A stretch of DNA of 63,267 nt, filler included, from Octopus bimaculoides (lineage: Eukaryota): assembly GCF_001194135.2 (NCBI RefSeq). It is 4 parts of 4 records of this genome, joined end to end, with 100 filler letters (N's around TTAATTAATTAA, not from the genome) between each part and the next. Parts side by side here need not be neighbours in the genome. Positions count along the whole stretch, not along the records: positions 61,516 to 63,267 come from NC_068983.1; 3 more parts are not named here. One strand, given 5' to 3'. Position numbers and translations under genes: made by a program. Positions 62,720-63,267 of this stretch are shown piece after piece (the first letter of the stretch is position 1; each line of letters begins with the position of its first letter). The notes beneath the pieces were generated by a model, which did no database searches, was not told the origin of the DNA, and worked only from the letters and a program-made list of their open reading frames with translations.

Positions 62720-63267
62720 GTGTCGACGTGTCATCATTCAACAGTATCCAACCTCCCTTACCAGTTTCGTGAAGCTATAGATAAGAATTTCCCCCAAAAT
62801 TCAAGATACCATTCGATTATCAATTCCCACCGATTTAGGATAGGGTTTTCAAACACCAAAAACCTTTCACAAATCATCTCTTCGCATGACAATAAGTTGT
62901 TAAATACAAATCCACATAATGAAAATAATAACATTGCTATTATAAACGCTAACCATTCTTTGAACAATAATAACAACAATATTAATATTTCTGATATAAA
63001 TTAGAATTGTATTCGTTTCCTTAGCAGTAATTCTAAGACTAGAAACTCTATTTATCAATGTAAAATTACTTACGGTCCTGATGTCTTTTTTATATAGGTA
63101 GTTCTTCATCTCAGTTGTCCAAAAGAATATCTAACGATTACTCTACATTTAGACATATCAATAAACGCAACAATACTGGGCTTAGTAAATTAATTTGGTT
63201 TCTAAAGAAACATATACAATTTGATTTGGAATGGAATATTCTATCTAGAGCCTTCCCATATGATAAA
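62720..63267 (+). mobile_element. Penelope-like retroelement, GIY-YIG endonuclease region, pseudogenised; continues beyond the window
   Basis: FREAIDKNFPQNSRYHSIINSHRFRIGFSNTKNLSQIISSHDNKLL...(Asn-rich linker, TAG)...SIYQCKITY-(frameshift)-FYIGSSS..LSKRISNDYSTFRH..KRNNTGLSKLIWFLK...LEWNILSRAFPY matches the PLE pattern KHFP...SHNKKIL...VY...YIG...STELSKYIW.LK...WSIL..A.PY. Confidence 0.9.

Overview
AT-rich, gap-ridden draft-assembly DNA from an animal genome. The extreme microsatellite load and the SINE/MITE families suggest a coleoid cephalopod such as Octopus (inference from recalled repeat sequences, not a search). I can support no host protein-coding gene, rRNA, true tRNA or CRISPR array; nearly all listed ORFs are microsatellite or N-gap artefacts. 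The window is a transposon graveyard (probably intergenic or large-intron DNA) containing: at least four tRNA-type SINE families (my labels A-D), decayed 3' ends of RTE, Tx1/L1 and R4/Dong LINEs, two Penelope-like (GIY-YIG) remnants, two internally deleted maT (DD37D) transposons, mariner-type and hAT-type MITEs, and three artificial 100-bp scaffold linkers (N44-TTAATTAATTAA-N44). The best leads are (i) hammerhead-ribozyme-like motifs, one inside a large palindrome with mutually exclusive pairings; (ii) a twice-repeated SINE-(ATT)n-Dong arrangement suggesting SINE tails create Dong target sites; (iii) a 3' end shared between a SINE variant and a Tx1 LINE; and (iv) a divergent CTCF-like motif pair. 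No clearly new biological system is demonstrable from this sequence alone.
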